Shown: positions 9,916 to 22,888, counted from the stretch's first letter. The stretch is 41,796 nt of DNA from Octopus bimaculoides (GCF_001194135.2 NC_069009.1:2730845-2772640); one strand, 5' to 3'. Numbers and translations: made by a program. The notes: generated from the sequence alone by a model not told the origin.

Positions 9916-10316
9916 AGGATATGGTATCACAAAACTGAAATTAAAGAGCATTTATATTTATCTATTTATTTGGCAATTTCTGTAAAAAAAAATTTTTATT
10001 TCCTGCTCAGTGACAAACAATTTTGTGCACCCACACACACTCATTCTCTTTTGTGTCCACAAACAAGTTGAACAGTGAATCACTCAGCCGTACACATTTT
10101 TCTGCTTTGACGAATTGCTAATATTTATGTATCGTTTGTACATGTATGTATATTTGTCTATGTATGTATAGGTATGTGTGAGCAGGAATTAAAGAAATTT
10201 TTTTAAATTTATAGAAATTGCCAAACAAATTGATAAAACACAACCATCTTTCGTTTCAGTTGTGCGAAACCAACTCCAAAGGACAGCCACAAAAAGGTGG
10301 GGGGTGGGGCCAATGC

Positions 10317-10562
10317 TACCTTGGGCAAGTGTCTTCTACTATAGCCTCTATAGGCTCTTTTGAGTGGATTTCGTAGATGGACAGAAAGAAGCCCGTTGTG
10401 TGAGTGATGACCACACCACCATCGCTTGACAACCAATGTTGATGTGTAACTTAGCGGTTTGGCAAAAGTGACCAATAGCATAAGTACTAGGCTTTAATAA
10501 TAAGGTGTCAATCCTTTCGACTAAAACTCTTCAATGCGGTGTCCCTGCATGGCCATGGTCTA
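10317..10562 (+). mobile_element. SINE family A, degenerate
   Basis: accttgggcaagtgtcttctactatagcc...cgcttgacaacc...gcatggcc. Confidence 0.75.
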
Positions 10563-10574
10563 ATGACCGATAGA

Positions 10575-10835
10575 GGGAGAGATGATAGAGAGAGAGATAG
10601 ATGATAGAGAGAGAGATAGACGATAGAGAGAGAGATCGATGAGAGAGAGAGAGATCGATGAGAGAGAGAGATCGATGAGAGAGAGAGATCGATGAGAGAG
10701 AGAGAGATCGATGAGAGAGAGCGAGATCGATGAGAGAGAGAGATCGATGAGAGAGAGATAGATAGATAGATGATAGACTGAGAAAAATAGATAGAGATAG
10801 ATAGATGGATGGATGGATGATAGATAGACAGACAG
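10575..10835. repeat. Compound (GA)n/(GATA)n microsatellite with GAGAGAGATCGAT units
   Basis: Directly visible. Confidence 0.95.
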
Positions 10836-11869
10836 AAAGATATAAAAGGGGCGATTCAATTGACTAAACTCTTCATAACTACGTGCTCCAGCATGGCCAC
10901 AGCTCAATGACTGAAAGCACATAAGCGCACATTTATACACGTTATACACACCCACAATCGACACGAATATCAGATACGAGTGCATAAACAGTTAGCTGTA
11001 TTCACACGTTTATATACACGTGTGTACAGCTACGAGCGTGTATAATAAACGTGCGACATGCATATATATATGTACACACACACTTTTGTACGCGCTAGTT
11101 GTGCGTCTATGTTTTATATACAATATATACATATACACGCACATATATATAATCCATACAAAAAGTATGCGGTTACAATTATGCGTTTATATATCAATAT
11201 ATACACAAACATGTATACACATATATACGTGCACATTCATATACACACTAGACGGAGAAAAGTAAAAAATCAACGAAACGAAACACACTGAGAAGAGACA
11301 CGAGAATCCAGTTGATATATATGTATATACACGCATAAATCTATATATACACACAAAGAGAACCGATATAACCTTGTGCGTGTATGTATGTATATGTATA
11401 TATATATATATTCTCACACTACGCAGTAGTTAAAAACCGGATCAACAAAGGGAGCATCATGAAGTCGCTCGCTTTGCTAGAAATAGAAGTCAAACTTCCT
11501 TCAACACCGTTAAAGAATGAAGGTACATTGAAGAGTGTAGTCCCAGATACACAATGTCTGAATTCAAAAGACAAGCATGATAGCAGCTGAGCACAATCAC
11601 AGCTGACAAAGAATTAAACACACGTGTGTATGTATGTATGTATGTATGTATATATATACACATTCCAACCTCAGAATGTCAAACGTGTACTCAAACCTCC
11701 AATTATTTTTCAACATTGGATACAAGACGAAATATGAGAAAGATAGGTGTTCGTGCAATAATAATTTAATTTTTTTAATTAAAAAAAAACAAAACAAACA
11801 CTTTGGCTGCTATTTCTAGCACACAGAGTATTATTAATACTTCGGAGTGGGGGGAAAAAACGTTTGATT

Positions 11870-13935
11870 AAGCATTTCATCGTCAACGCGATTTGAACTC
11901 GTGTCGTCATTTACGATCGACGCCATATATAATAATCACGAGACTAAGTCGGAAAGCCTTCTTCACGTGGTAGAAATCACAGCCAAATCACCCTCAAATC
12001 AAACAAACGCCACCGTCTTAAACACGCATGTGACATTTTGGTCACGATAGTCCGAGTTAACCCAAGACAAGGGTCACCTCAGGATTTGAACTCCCTTTGG
12101 CATCATGGCAGACTCATCGACCGACATTTCCCCCAATAGTTATTTTCAATTTACTCAACAAAGCTAACAAATTTGAAGGGAAGGAGTTCGTCGAACACCA
12201 TCGATCCCGAGGGATGAGGTTATGGGAAATAAATAAACGGCATGGCTGACTTCAGCGGAATTTGAACTCAAAACGTTAAGAGCCGGTCGGTACAAACAGC
12301 AAAACTGCCGCCGCCCTAACTATTAATTATGCCACTTTACTACCCTCAATAATTTCTATTTTCACAGAGAAACAGGGTGAGAAATGTTAGGGGGGAAAAA
12401 TCAGTCGACTGTATGGACCCAGAAAGGATGAAATGTTTAAAGCGACTTCGACAAGAACCGAACCTCTATCGTCACAGAACAGAATGCCTCCCAGCTCTTT
12501 GTTTTAATAATTTATATACCTTAACGCCCCAAGGCTAAAGATATAGCCCTCCTCCCTAGCAGGTTTTTACGAAATCTAAATATACTTTATTTAATCGACC
12601 GCAGAAGGCTTGGAGCCAAAAAGTTAACAACACAAAAACACAAAATACGATTCGGTCGCTCTTCCGCCTGCTTGTCAATAGTTAAATAATAATTTCAAAT
12701 TTTAGCACAGGATCAGCAGTTTTGAAGGGAGGGGGCAGTTCATTACATCGACCCCCAGTACTCGGTACTTAATTATATCGACTTCGAAACAACGAAAGGA
12801 AAACTCGGCCTCCTCCGCGGAGTTTGAACCTAGAACGACGAAAGACGAAATGCCGAGAAGTACTTAGTCCGGCGTGCTAACTTTCTGCGAGCTCACCACT
12901 TTAATAATTTTAATCGTTCCTTCTACCGTAAGAACAAGGCCTGAAATTTGAGGGGAGGGGGGCTAGTCGATTACATCGACCCCCTGAAAGGGAAAGTCGA
13001 CCTCGGTGGTATTTGAACTCGGAACGTAATAGACACAAGGCCGCGAATTTAGTCCGGCGTGACGAGTGAAGAATTCGATCGAGGCCTTTCATTATTTCTG
13101 TCTGATTTTTATCCAGCCCTGACAAAGGATCAAATCAAAGCTGACCTTGGATGGACTAGAAATCTCAACGTTACAACCGGAACTTCAATCGTGTGGCACT
13201 TCTGTCAGGCCCTTTAAGCTATTCTACCAAACTTAACGCCTTTACTAATAATAATCCTTATTTCTAACACAGAAAGAAGGTCAGAAATTTGGAGATGATT
13301 TCAATCGATTGCATTAACCACTTGGCCGGCATTTTAATTTATCGACTCCAAAAATGATGAAAAGCAAAGTTGACTTCGGTGACATTTGAAACCAAAACGT
13401 AATAAAATTGTAATAATAATGGCTTCTGGCTCGGAACAAGTCTAGCAAATTTGAAAGAAAGGGAACAAATCTACGTCATCGACCCCACTGCCTTGACAAA
13501 TATAAGGCAAAGATCTTGGAACATTAAAAGAAAAAGAGGGGTGGAAGAAAAAACCTCAAGTCTTAATAATAATGGTTCCAAGTTTAGGTACAAGGTCAGC
13601 AATTTTAGGGGTAAGGGGTTAGTCGATTACGTCCACTCCAGCACTTAACTGGTTATTGATCAATTACCAAAAGTAAAAAGGTAAAGTTGACCTCGGTGTG
13701 ATTTGAACACGGAACGTAAAGAACCGGAAGAAATACTGTAAAGATGAAAGGCTAATTATTATAAATAAGTACAAGGCCTGAAGTTGCGGGGAAGGGAGTT
13801 AGGTCGACTACATCGACTCCCAGAGTTCAAGTGATATTTTAGTTCATCGATCCCCGAAAGGATGGGGGAAAAAATAAAAAATAAAGCAACGTCGATCTCG
13901 GCGGGATTTGAAATAGCGGAAGGATGAAAGGACGT
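11870..13935 (-). mobile_element. Cluster of ~10 old, co-oriented copies of SINE family D
   Basis: Recurrent degenerate motifs gtcgattacatcgacccc, gaaaggatgaaaggcaaagtcgacctcggcggaatttgaactc and gtccggcgtgctaac, all matching the intact copy at 16847-17075. Confidence 0.8.
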
Positions 13936-14258
13936 AATATTAATAATAACAATAAGAACGATGTTGATGATGATAATAATAATAATAATATTAATAATAA
14001 TAATAATAATACCATTGAAGACCTTTAAATCGGAGACTTATTTATTTGACTTCATTTATAATGGTAAAAATATCTCCTGAAACGAGGACGGTGAGTTGTG
14101 GCGTTCATGCAGCAGCAGCAACAACAACGACGAAGGAGGAGGAGGAGGAAGAAGAAATCGATTTAACACACTGCTAACGCTATATACAATAATTTTGCCG
14201 GCCTCACACGTGTGTATATATCTATACACACACCCGTATATACAAACACAAATATATG

Positions 14259-14308
<50 letters not shown>

Positions 14309-14364
14309 CATACACACATATATACAAAATATGTATATAATATATACACACTGAGTAATATGTA

Positions 14365-14535
14365 TAGGGTAGACCACAAGCCAGGAAAAGGTTTGACATT
14401 TTAAATACCTTCTCGTATTTTTCTTAAGTATTGATATTAAATATTAACCTACTACGTGACTTTATTAAATATTGGAAGAAAAAATACAAGAAAAAATTTA
14501 ATTCATTAAATTTCATTGACTAATGATCCACCCTG
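14365..14535. mobile_element. Degenerate Tc1/mariner-type MITE
   Basis: Left end tagggtagacca versus reverse complement of the right end cagggtggatca; AT-rich interior. Confidence 0.4.
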
Positions 14536-15102
14536 AACGTGAGTGTATATATATATATATATAGACATTATATACATATGCAATAGTGAGGCTTAGCGTC
14601 GGCATACATACAATGGGTTTAAAACAGCGGAATAAAAATTTTAATGCCATGAGAAATATGACATGGATAGACACTCACACATACTATATACACGCGCACT
14701 ATGTACATACATTACGGAAATACTTACAAATGAAACGTACATAAACACACACAAAAGAAAGGCCTTTACATTTTATATATATATATATATATATATACAG
14801 GCATGTATGTGTGTGTGTATATATATATATACATACATACACAAATACATATATATTCATAGATTTATGGGTCGGAGGAAGGCGAAACGATATTAAGTGT
14901 TGGTTGAAAGAAGCGACTGGGCTAATCCCACCTACCTAAACGTATGTATACACACTAATACAGATTTATGAGTGCAGACATATAGACCCACACCAATATA
15001 GTACGTATTCATACATTCTCACAGATGTATGAATGAAACGGCAGAAAAACCGTTATTTTTCTCTTCATGCATTGCAATGAACACCAATCCGTACAGGCTA
15101 TA

Positions 15103-15137
<35 letters not shown>

Positions 15138-15215
15138 TACAATACTTTATATATATATATATATTTATAAGCTTGGGCGGTTGCCAACGACAGCTACATA
15201 ATTTGTCAACTAATA

Positions 15216-15248
<33 letters not shown>

Positions 15249-15347
15249 TACACACACGTTAGTTGACTTATTAACCGGTACTGTATATAAATATATACAC
15301 GCACTCAACCAAAAGTGTGTCTATACACCCGGTACTTTATATACGTG

Positions 15348-15381
<34 letters not shown>

Positions 15382-15859
15382 CGCACACACCCAATCACAC
15401 TATATATTAAACACAGACACAAACACACGTATATCACAGCTAAAAGCGTGTTTTAAGAAAGCAACAAAGGCGAAGTAATTAAAGATTTCTAGTTGACCAG
15501 CTAAAACGTCGGCCATTTCTCCTCCATCCCTACACGTGTGTATGTGTATATAAATTTACACGCAATATATATAGCCATACACATATAGATTACTATTATT
15601 ACACATACTCCTGTATAGAAACGAAGGCGTAGAAAAAAGCTGTTTCGCTGACCGCTTTCTCAACGAATAAATATGCAATATATATATATTTATGTACCAA
15701 TTCCTATCAAACACCCTATGTATAAAAATATACACAAACATACACTTATAATCTATGAATGTGCCTGTCATTTATACAGACCCATCTCCATATACACATT
15801 CACTCATTCAGACATGCAATAGAAGTAATAGTATAAAGCAAGAGACAAAAAGCTGTGCA

Positions 15860-16200
15860 TTACTGACCGTTGCAGCGAAAACCTGCAAATGATATAGGCT
15901 GCACCAATATGGCGGCTTTAATAGAGAGACAGACTGGAGAGAAAGAGAGGAATAGAGTAGAAAGAGAGAGTGAGGGCGGGAAGACGTAAAAAAAAAAGCG
16001 ACAGAGCGAAAGAGTGAGTAAAGGGGGCGACCCACGTGCTGCTGCTGTTGCTGATGTTGGTGGTGGAAGTGATGAAAGCGACGGAGGTGAGGTTGCTAAG
16101 AGGTAGGACACAGTTGCCTCGCCAGCTGTCTGTCACAGCGACCAGGCAGCCGGGCGACTGGGAGGAGGTGAATGGTAATGGCAGGCGGAGGAAGTGGAGG
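15860..16200. promoter_or_regulatory. CpG-retaining promoter or first-exon-like segment
   Basis: YY1-like AATATGGCGGC overlapping CCAAT at 15904-15916; locally CpG-rich; candidate minus-strand donor acg|gtcagt at 15867. Confidence 0.3.
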
Positions 16201-16550
16201 TTGTATGACAATAAACAGAGGGGAAGGATTGAGAAGTGGAGAAAAGAGAGGAAGGCTAGAGAGGGAGAGATAAACAGAAGCAATTAGCGATGGGAAAGAA
16301 AGACAAAGTGAATGGCACAGTAAGAGATGGAGAGGTTGTAAGTTATTGAGAGAGCAAGAAGGAAAAAAGATAGGAGTTAGTGACAGGGGAGGTTTAAGGG
16401 AATTACGAGACATAATGAGAGAAGAGGGATGGAGTTAGTAAAAGACATGAAGTGACAGAGTGAGGGAAAACGATATGTAGTAAAATATGACAGAGTAGCA
16501 GTGAGAGTAGAACGGGGAGGGGGAGACAGAACGGGAGTTAATGAAGTTTT

Positions 16551-16845
16551 TCTTTTACTTGTTTCAGTGATCGGAGTGCGGCCATACTGGAGCACCGCCT
16601 CAAAGAATTTCAGTGGAACAAATCAACACAGTACTTATTGCACCGGTCGCTTTTGCTGAATCGCTAAATTACGAGGACGTAAACACACCGACACCGGTTG
16701 TCAAGCAGTGGTGTGGGGGAAGACAAACTACTACCAAATCCAATCACTAGGCTTTGGTCAACCCAGGGTTATATAGAAAAAAGGCACTTCCCCAAGATAC
16801 GACACAATGGGACTGAACCCGAAATAATACGATTGCACAGCCGAC
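16551..16845 (-). mobile_element. SINE family A, degenerate
   Basis: ttttacttgtttcagt...gctggagcaccgcc-like segment and gggactgaacccg. Confidence 0.8.
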
Positions 16846-16846
16846 T

Positions 16847-17075
16847 TATTCCTTTATTGCCCACAAGGGGCTAAACATAGAGGGGACAAACAAGGAAAGA
16901 CAAAGGGATTAAGTCGATTACATCGACCCCAGTGCAACTGGTACTTAATTTATCGACCCCGAAAGGATGAAAGGCAAAGTCGACCTTGGCGGAATTTGAA
17001 CTCAGAACGTAGCGGCAGACGAAATACCGCTAAGCATTTCGCCCGGCGTGCTAACGATTCTGCCAACTTCTTACC
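16847..17075 (-). mobile_element. tRNA-derived SINE, family D (Meta/Sauria-like central domain)
   Basis: Minus strand tggcagaatcgttagcacgccgggc...gagttcaaattcc...gcctttcatcctttcggggtcgataaattaagtaccag. The domain name is from recall and tentative. Confidence 0.85.
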
Positions 17076-18207
17076 ACGGCCATGTTGTTTTAACAACGGA
17101 AGAGGAGCTGGGTTTATTAAATGTGTGAGGAGGAAAATGAAATGTAAGAGCGAGAGAAAAAAGAAGCCGACTGTAAGAAAGGAAAGAGGAAAATTATATA
17201 ATGCAAGAGAGAGGGAAAGAAAATGGGTGAAAAAATACAGGAAGCGTCGGGAGAGAAGACAAAAGGAAGAAATGAAAACAGTAGCAATTTAAGCATCTTT
17301 AAGAGGCAATTTCGGAAATGATTTGATTCGGCAGACCCCATGTAAGATAGATAAAAGACGGCCCAACTGTGACCGATCGCCTTTGTTTTAATTTCTTATT
17401 GAGACTAAGATACAGAAAAGGAAGAGAGAGAAGGTGAGAGACAGACAGGAAGAGGAAGAGGCGAAAAGGAAGTTGGTGGTGGGCCGAGAAAGGGAAGGAA
17501 GTAGTAGAGAGAGAGAGGGGGGGCAAATAGTGGTAGAAAGAGAAAGGATGTGATAGATAGAAAGGACAAGGAAGTGGTAGAAAAGAGTGAGGGAGGGAGG
17601 GGAAAAGTGGAGTCTCTGAGTGAAGAGAAGGGGAGGTAATAAGTGGCGGAGGGAGGTAAACAACTAGAGAGACTGTAGGAGTGTGTCCTGGTGACAAGAG
17701 ACAAAGAGAGATGGGATGAGCGAGGCGACAATGAAATCAAAAAAGAGGGGGAGGAGAGCGGCACGTGGCACACAGAAGGGGAGCAATCGTTACAGAATGA
17801 GATAGAAAAACGGAGGACAAAGCCATGATAAAATAGGGGAAGACGTGACACAGCATAATGGTGAGATAAAAACAACTGAGAAAGAACCGTAGCCAATGTG
17901 GATGTCATAATTTAGCCCTGGGCAGTCTTGATCATGAGGACCAATAGTCAGATGTTCCAGTAATGACCATCTTATCTATTTTACAATCTACTGTATTTCC
18001 AGGGCTATAAGTGAAGTTAGGTGTCGCTGTGTGACATGGTGTAGGTGCAGGAATGGCTGTGTGGGAAGAAGCTTGCTTCCCAACCGGATGATTCCAGGTT
18101 TAGTCCCACTGCATGGTACCTTGGGCAGATGTCTTTCACTATAGCCTTGACTCAAGCATTGTGAATGGATTTGTAGCGTATCTATGTATCTACTATATAT
18201 ATATGGT

Positions 18208-18790
18208 GCAGGAGTGGCTGTGTGGTAAGTAGCTTGCTTACCAACCACATGGTTCCGGGTTCAGACCCACTGCGTGACACCTTGGGCAAGTGTCTTCTAC
18301 TATAGCCTCGGGCCGACCAAAGCCTTGTGAGTGGATTTGGTAGATGGAAACTGAAAGAAGCCCATCATATATATGTATATATGTGTTTGTGTTTGTCTCC
18401 CCAGCATTGCTTGACAACCAATGCTGGTGTGTTTACGTCCCTGTAACTTAGCGGTTCAGCAAAAGAGACCGATAGAATAAGTACTAGGCTTACAAAGAAT
18501 AAGTCCTGGGGTCGATTTGCTCGGCTAAAAGGCGGTGCTCCAGCATGGCCGCAGTCAAATGACTGAAACAAGTAAAAGAGTATATATTTATGTGAGTCTG
18601 TTTCCCCTCGCCATCGCTTGACAACCAATGTTGGTGTGTTTACGTCTAACTTAGCAGCTTGGCAAATAAGACCAATAGAATAAGTGCGAGGCTTACAAAC
18701 GGGTTGATTTCTTCAGCTAAAAACCCTTTAAGGCGGTGCTCCAGTATGGCTAGAGTCAAATGACTGAAACAAGTAAAAAAAAAAAAAAAA
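18208..18790 (+). mobile_element. SINE family A full copy (18208-18580) plus tandem second 3' half (18595-18790); a truncated head precedes it at 18047-18177
   Basis: gcaggagtggctgtgtggtaag...aaacaagtaaaagag, with the 3' half repeated. Confidence 0.9.
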
Positions 18791-18794
18791 AGAA

Positions 18795-20704
18795 TACAGG
18801 TATATCAAATAACAAATTCTTGATTTCTTAACATTATCTTCAAGAATCAATAATACTTCCAAGCTGATGAACCATTAAGAGAAAGGGACAAGCACTTATT
18901 CTTTGGTGACAAGAGTATAGCGGTGGACATGTGTGCCTTCATCAGCACAATACTTGTCCAGCAAGCAAGGGACTTCAACATGTACAGAAAGAGTAGAACA
19001 TATATGGCAGAGGTAATTTACACTAGTTAAACAAAAGTGAGCCAAGAGAAATTAACTTAGGGTGGCCAATGGCAAGCATTTGAACAACAGACATATCAAA
19101 TATTATACAATATAGTTCTTGATTTATTATCTCCACCTCTAGAGGATGTGTTATAATTACCAAATTACATTTAAGACCAGTTCCACTTGAGAAGGGGAGA
19201 TAATCCCAAGATACAAGAATTTGCCGAAACTGACAAACCATTATGGAAAGGGGCAAATTTATTGTCCAGAGATATGAGGACAGTCATGGACATATGTCTT
19301 CATAAGCATAACACTTGTCCTACATTTATAGCCAAGGGAGTTTGCATGTTGTGTCTAGGGAGACAATATAATTAACACACACACACTGGTTCGATTCCAC
19401 TTGTTTATTCAAGATTTCAGACTCTATATCGGACTAAGTCAGTAGTCATTGAAAATTAGTTAGTTGGATATTTAACTGACTAATAATAAAGGAAGGGAAT
19501 AGAACCAGTGTGTGTGTTAACTATATTTGCATAATGACTAGCATTCCAACCGGATATTGGAGGGATGTGAGTTTGATCCTCATGGCTGGCTGCTGACAAA
19601 TTTTTCTGCTTTTAAAAAGAAAAAAAAAAAGATTTTATCCTTTATATCTATACTGTTCAGTATCTATGCGTTGAATAAAATTTATATTTCTACTTGTTCT
19701 ACAACAAAATTTGTTTTAACACATGAATTCACATACAAAATTTTGCAAACCAGATACAAAAACGAAATGGAATTTGCAGGATTTAAACAAAAATGAGCTA
19801 AGTGCTTGGAGTGGCCAACAGCATGTATTTGAACAACATAGACAAAGACAGATATATCAAATACCATGCTATTAGTTTATTGAAACCTCAACCTCTAGAT
19901 GTGTCATAATTACCAAATAGTAATTAAGGTTAGTTCCAGATGAGAAAGAGATAATTGCAAGAAACAAGACTACTCCAAAGTTGACAAGCCATTAACCTTT
20001 AGCGCACTGCATTTTCTCTAGAATTGTCTTCCCTGCGACTGTCCTGTTACTAGAAGGGAGAAAACTCTATGGTAACATAATGCACCTACAGTATGCTAAA
20101 GGTTAAAAAAAAGAAGACAGGTTTATTGACTGAAGACAAAGAGGACATCTGTGAACACGTTTCTGCTTCAATAGGTATCCTCGGAATGATGATTGTCCTA
20201 AAATATCCCCAGTTCCCAAAAGACTTAGATTTATACAAAAGGGCCCAAGTAATTTGCATGACTTAAACAAAAATGATTTGAACAAAAATGAACTAAGAGA
20301 AATTTGCTTGGATTGGTCAGCTGCATGACTGAACAGTACAGACGAATACAGGTATATCAAATACCAATTAACAAACTTTCGACTTCTTAAACTCACCTAT
20401 GCCTCTAGAGCAGGGGTTTTCAAACTGTGGTCCGCAAGGACAAGACAGGGGGTCCGTAGACAGCAAATACTTTTTATGGGCAATTTGATTTTATATATGT
20501 TTTTTAATCGAAATCTTTTAATTGACAATAAACCTATTTGTTAAATACTGTTAAATAAATAAATGTAAAAATATATTTTATTTTAAGCAAATATTTATGT
20601 ATAAATTTCATCAGCGTTTATAAGGTAAAGCCTGAAATATAAAGGGGTCCGCAAGTCAAAAAGTTTGAAAACACCTGCTCTAGAGGATGTGCCAGGATTA
20701 CCAA
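18795..20704. repeat. Four degenerate copies of a dispersed unit
   Basis: (g/a)tatatcaaata...cctctagaggatgtg..ataattaccaa...gacaagccatt units near 18797, 19090, 19850 and 20350. Confidence 0.65.
20411..20677. mobile_element. hAT (Charlie-type) MITE
   Basis: TIR CAGGGGTTTTCAAACT / CAGGTGTTTTCAAACT (15/16); 8-bp TSD CTCTAGAG at 20403-20410 and 20678-20685; subterminal GGTCCG repeats. Confidence 0.92.
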
Positions 20705-22520
20705 NNNNNNNNNNNNNNNNNNNNNNNNNNNNNNNNNNATCTCAAGAACCAATGAACATCCTGTTATTTCCTTTATTTACGACTACATTTTTCAACATAT
20801 AAATTTAATTTAAAATCCAAGATGCAATTTGAAGGAGATTCAGCTACTATTTCTAGCAGGTTGAACAACCAAGTAGGTTGTTGTTGTTGTTGTTGTTCAG
20901 TCATGGGTCAGGCCTCACAGAGGAGATCTCTGATCAAGGCTTCATGTTCCAAACATGATCAATAGGGCCCACATTACTGAATACACTTTTTAAGAAAGTG
21001 AGGTGTGATTTATGAGATTTGGCTGTTATCTCTAAAATGAAGAGGTACTCCAGTGAGGCGATGGGGGTTAAAAACGATGCAGATGGTGGTGGGAGTGGCA
21101 GACGATAACGAAGCAACTTAGAAGCAATCAGGAAGCAGTGAGCAATTTGTGTTGTCATTAAAGAGGTAACACGGTGGTGGTAATTGGAGTTATGGGAAGA
21201 GGGATAATAGGAATGGCAGCAACCGGAAGTTTGAGTAGCAGGAGGAGAGAGAGCAAATTAACAGAAAGCCGATATGATAGAGAGGAAGGCTGGAAGATGG
21301 GGAGAGATGATAAGAAAAAATAGGAGAGGAGGGAGAGTAGAGAAGAAAGAATGAAAGAAGAAAGGTTGAGATGTAGAGAGAGGGAGGAAGATGAAAAGGA
21401 TAGAGGAAAAGAGGAAGTGATAAGGGATGTGAAAAAAGGGGAGGGAAAAGAGAGGAAAGAAAGATAAATGGAGGTAGGGAGACTATAGATGAAGAAAGAG
21501 AGAGGGAAAGTGGAAAAGGAAGTGAAAAAAAGATAGTAAGGCAAAGAGAGAAGAAACGAAGGAGGGGGGGGAGAAATGTAAGGGGAGGTAAGAGAAACTA
21601 AAGGAGGTGGTGAGAGGTGAAAGAGTAAAGGGGAAGAGATATAAGGGGAGGTAAGAGAAACTAAAGGAGGTGGTGAGAGAAAGAAAGAGTAAAGAGAAAG
21701 AGGGGGAAGAGGTAAGAGGCAGGAGAAAGGAATGCAGAAGAGAGAAAAGGTGAAGAGGAAGATAAGGAGAGGGGGGGGGGAAAGAGAAAGAAAAGCAATG
21801 AAGGGGTGGAACAGAGGTAAGAGGCGAGAGAAAGGAGGCAGAAGAGGAAAAACAATAGCGGAAAGTAATTCTTTCCTTCGTGGTACCTGCATACGGTCAG
21901 GTAGACAGAGCATCGTCACACCGACAAATGGAAAGCCAGTTGTTAAACCCCGAGTCAATCTCCACCATACAGACATAAGCAAATGTGTTACTACTATGAC
22001 TATCTAGAGTGATGANNNNNNNNNNNNNNNNNNNNNNNNNNNNNNNNNNNNNNNNNNNNNNNNNNNNNNNNNNNNNNNNNNNNNNNNNNNNNNNNNNNNN
22101 NNNNNNNNNNNNNNNNNNNNNNNNNNNNNNNNNNNNNNNNNNNNNNNNNNNNNNNNNNNNNNNNNNNNNNNNNNNNNNNNNNNNNNNNNNNNNNNNNNNN
22201 NNNNNNNNNNNNNNNNNNNNNNNNNNNNNNNNNNNNNNNNNNNNNNNNNNNNNNNNNNNNNNNNNNNNNNNNNNNNNNNNNNNNNNNNNNNNNNNNNNNN
22301 NNNNNNNNNNNNNNNNNNNNNNNNNNNNNNNNNNNNNNNNNNNNNNNNNNNNNNNNNNNNNNNNNNNNNNNNNNNNNNNNNNNNNNNNNNNNNNNNNNNN
22401 NNNNNNNNNNNNATATATATATATATATATATATATAAATATATACACACACACACACACACACGAGGAAGTGCTGAAAAGGGGTGGGATGTGGTGATAT
22501 CAATGAAGAGAGGAGGGGGA

Positions 22521-22888
22521 GTTGAACCCATGTGGCACAAAGGTGTGAAGAGAGAAGATTAATTCCTGTTCATGGCAAAGGTAGGAGTCTTGATGGCCAC
22601 TGTGCAAAGACAGACAGACAGATGTTGTAGTGAATGACTGGTAGAGCAGAAATGGCGCGAGACCGCGGTGTCATTGCCGAGTCCAGGGGTGCTCCGTGAA
22701 CCAGTCAGCCAAGCAGCGTCTTGTTTGACTGATGTACAGGGAAGGGCAGAAAGAGCAGGAGATGCAGTAAATGAAGTTGCTGGAAGTGCAGGTAAAGGAG
22801 TTGGTGATGTGATAGGGACAATGATGGGTGCCTGTGAGGATGGTGGTGTTGGAGACGTAGGGGCAAGTACGGTAGCATGGGCGAAGTA
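22521..22888 (-). pseudogene. Penelope-like element 3' remnant (GIY-YIG endonuclease)
   Basis: Minus translation ...RTCPYVSNTTILTG...FTCTSSNFIYCISCSFCPSLYISQTRRCLADWFTEH..*, then in other frames AVSRHFCSTSHSL and EQELIFSLHTFVPHGFN. These match the PLE CCHH/GIY-YIG pattern, with a stop and frameshifts. Confidence 0.85.

Noticed and set aside
16551-17075. Family A plus family D adjacency as a dimeric SINE (also 37470-37995)
   Set aside because: The junctions differ between the two sites; independent insertions explain both.
21158-21982. 274-aa and similar S/L/F/P-rich or K/R/E-rich ORFs (also 17299-17908, 30414-31549)
   Set aside because: Stop-poor by-products of purine/pyrimidine low-complexity tracts; no domain signal.
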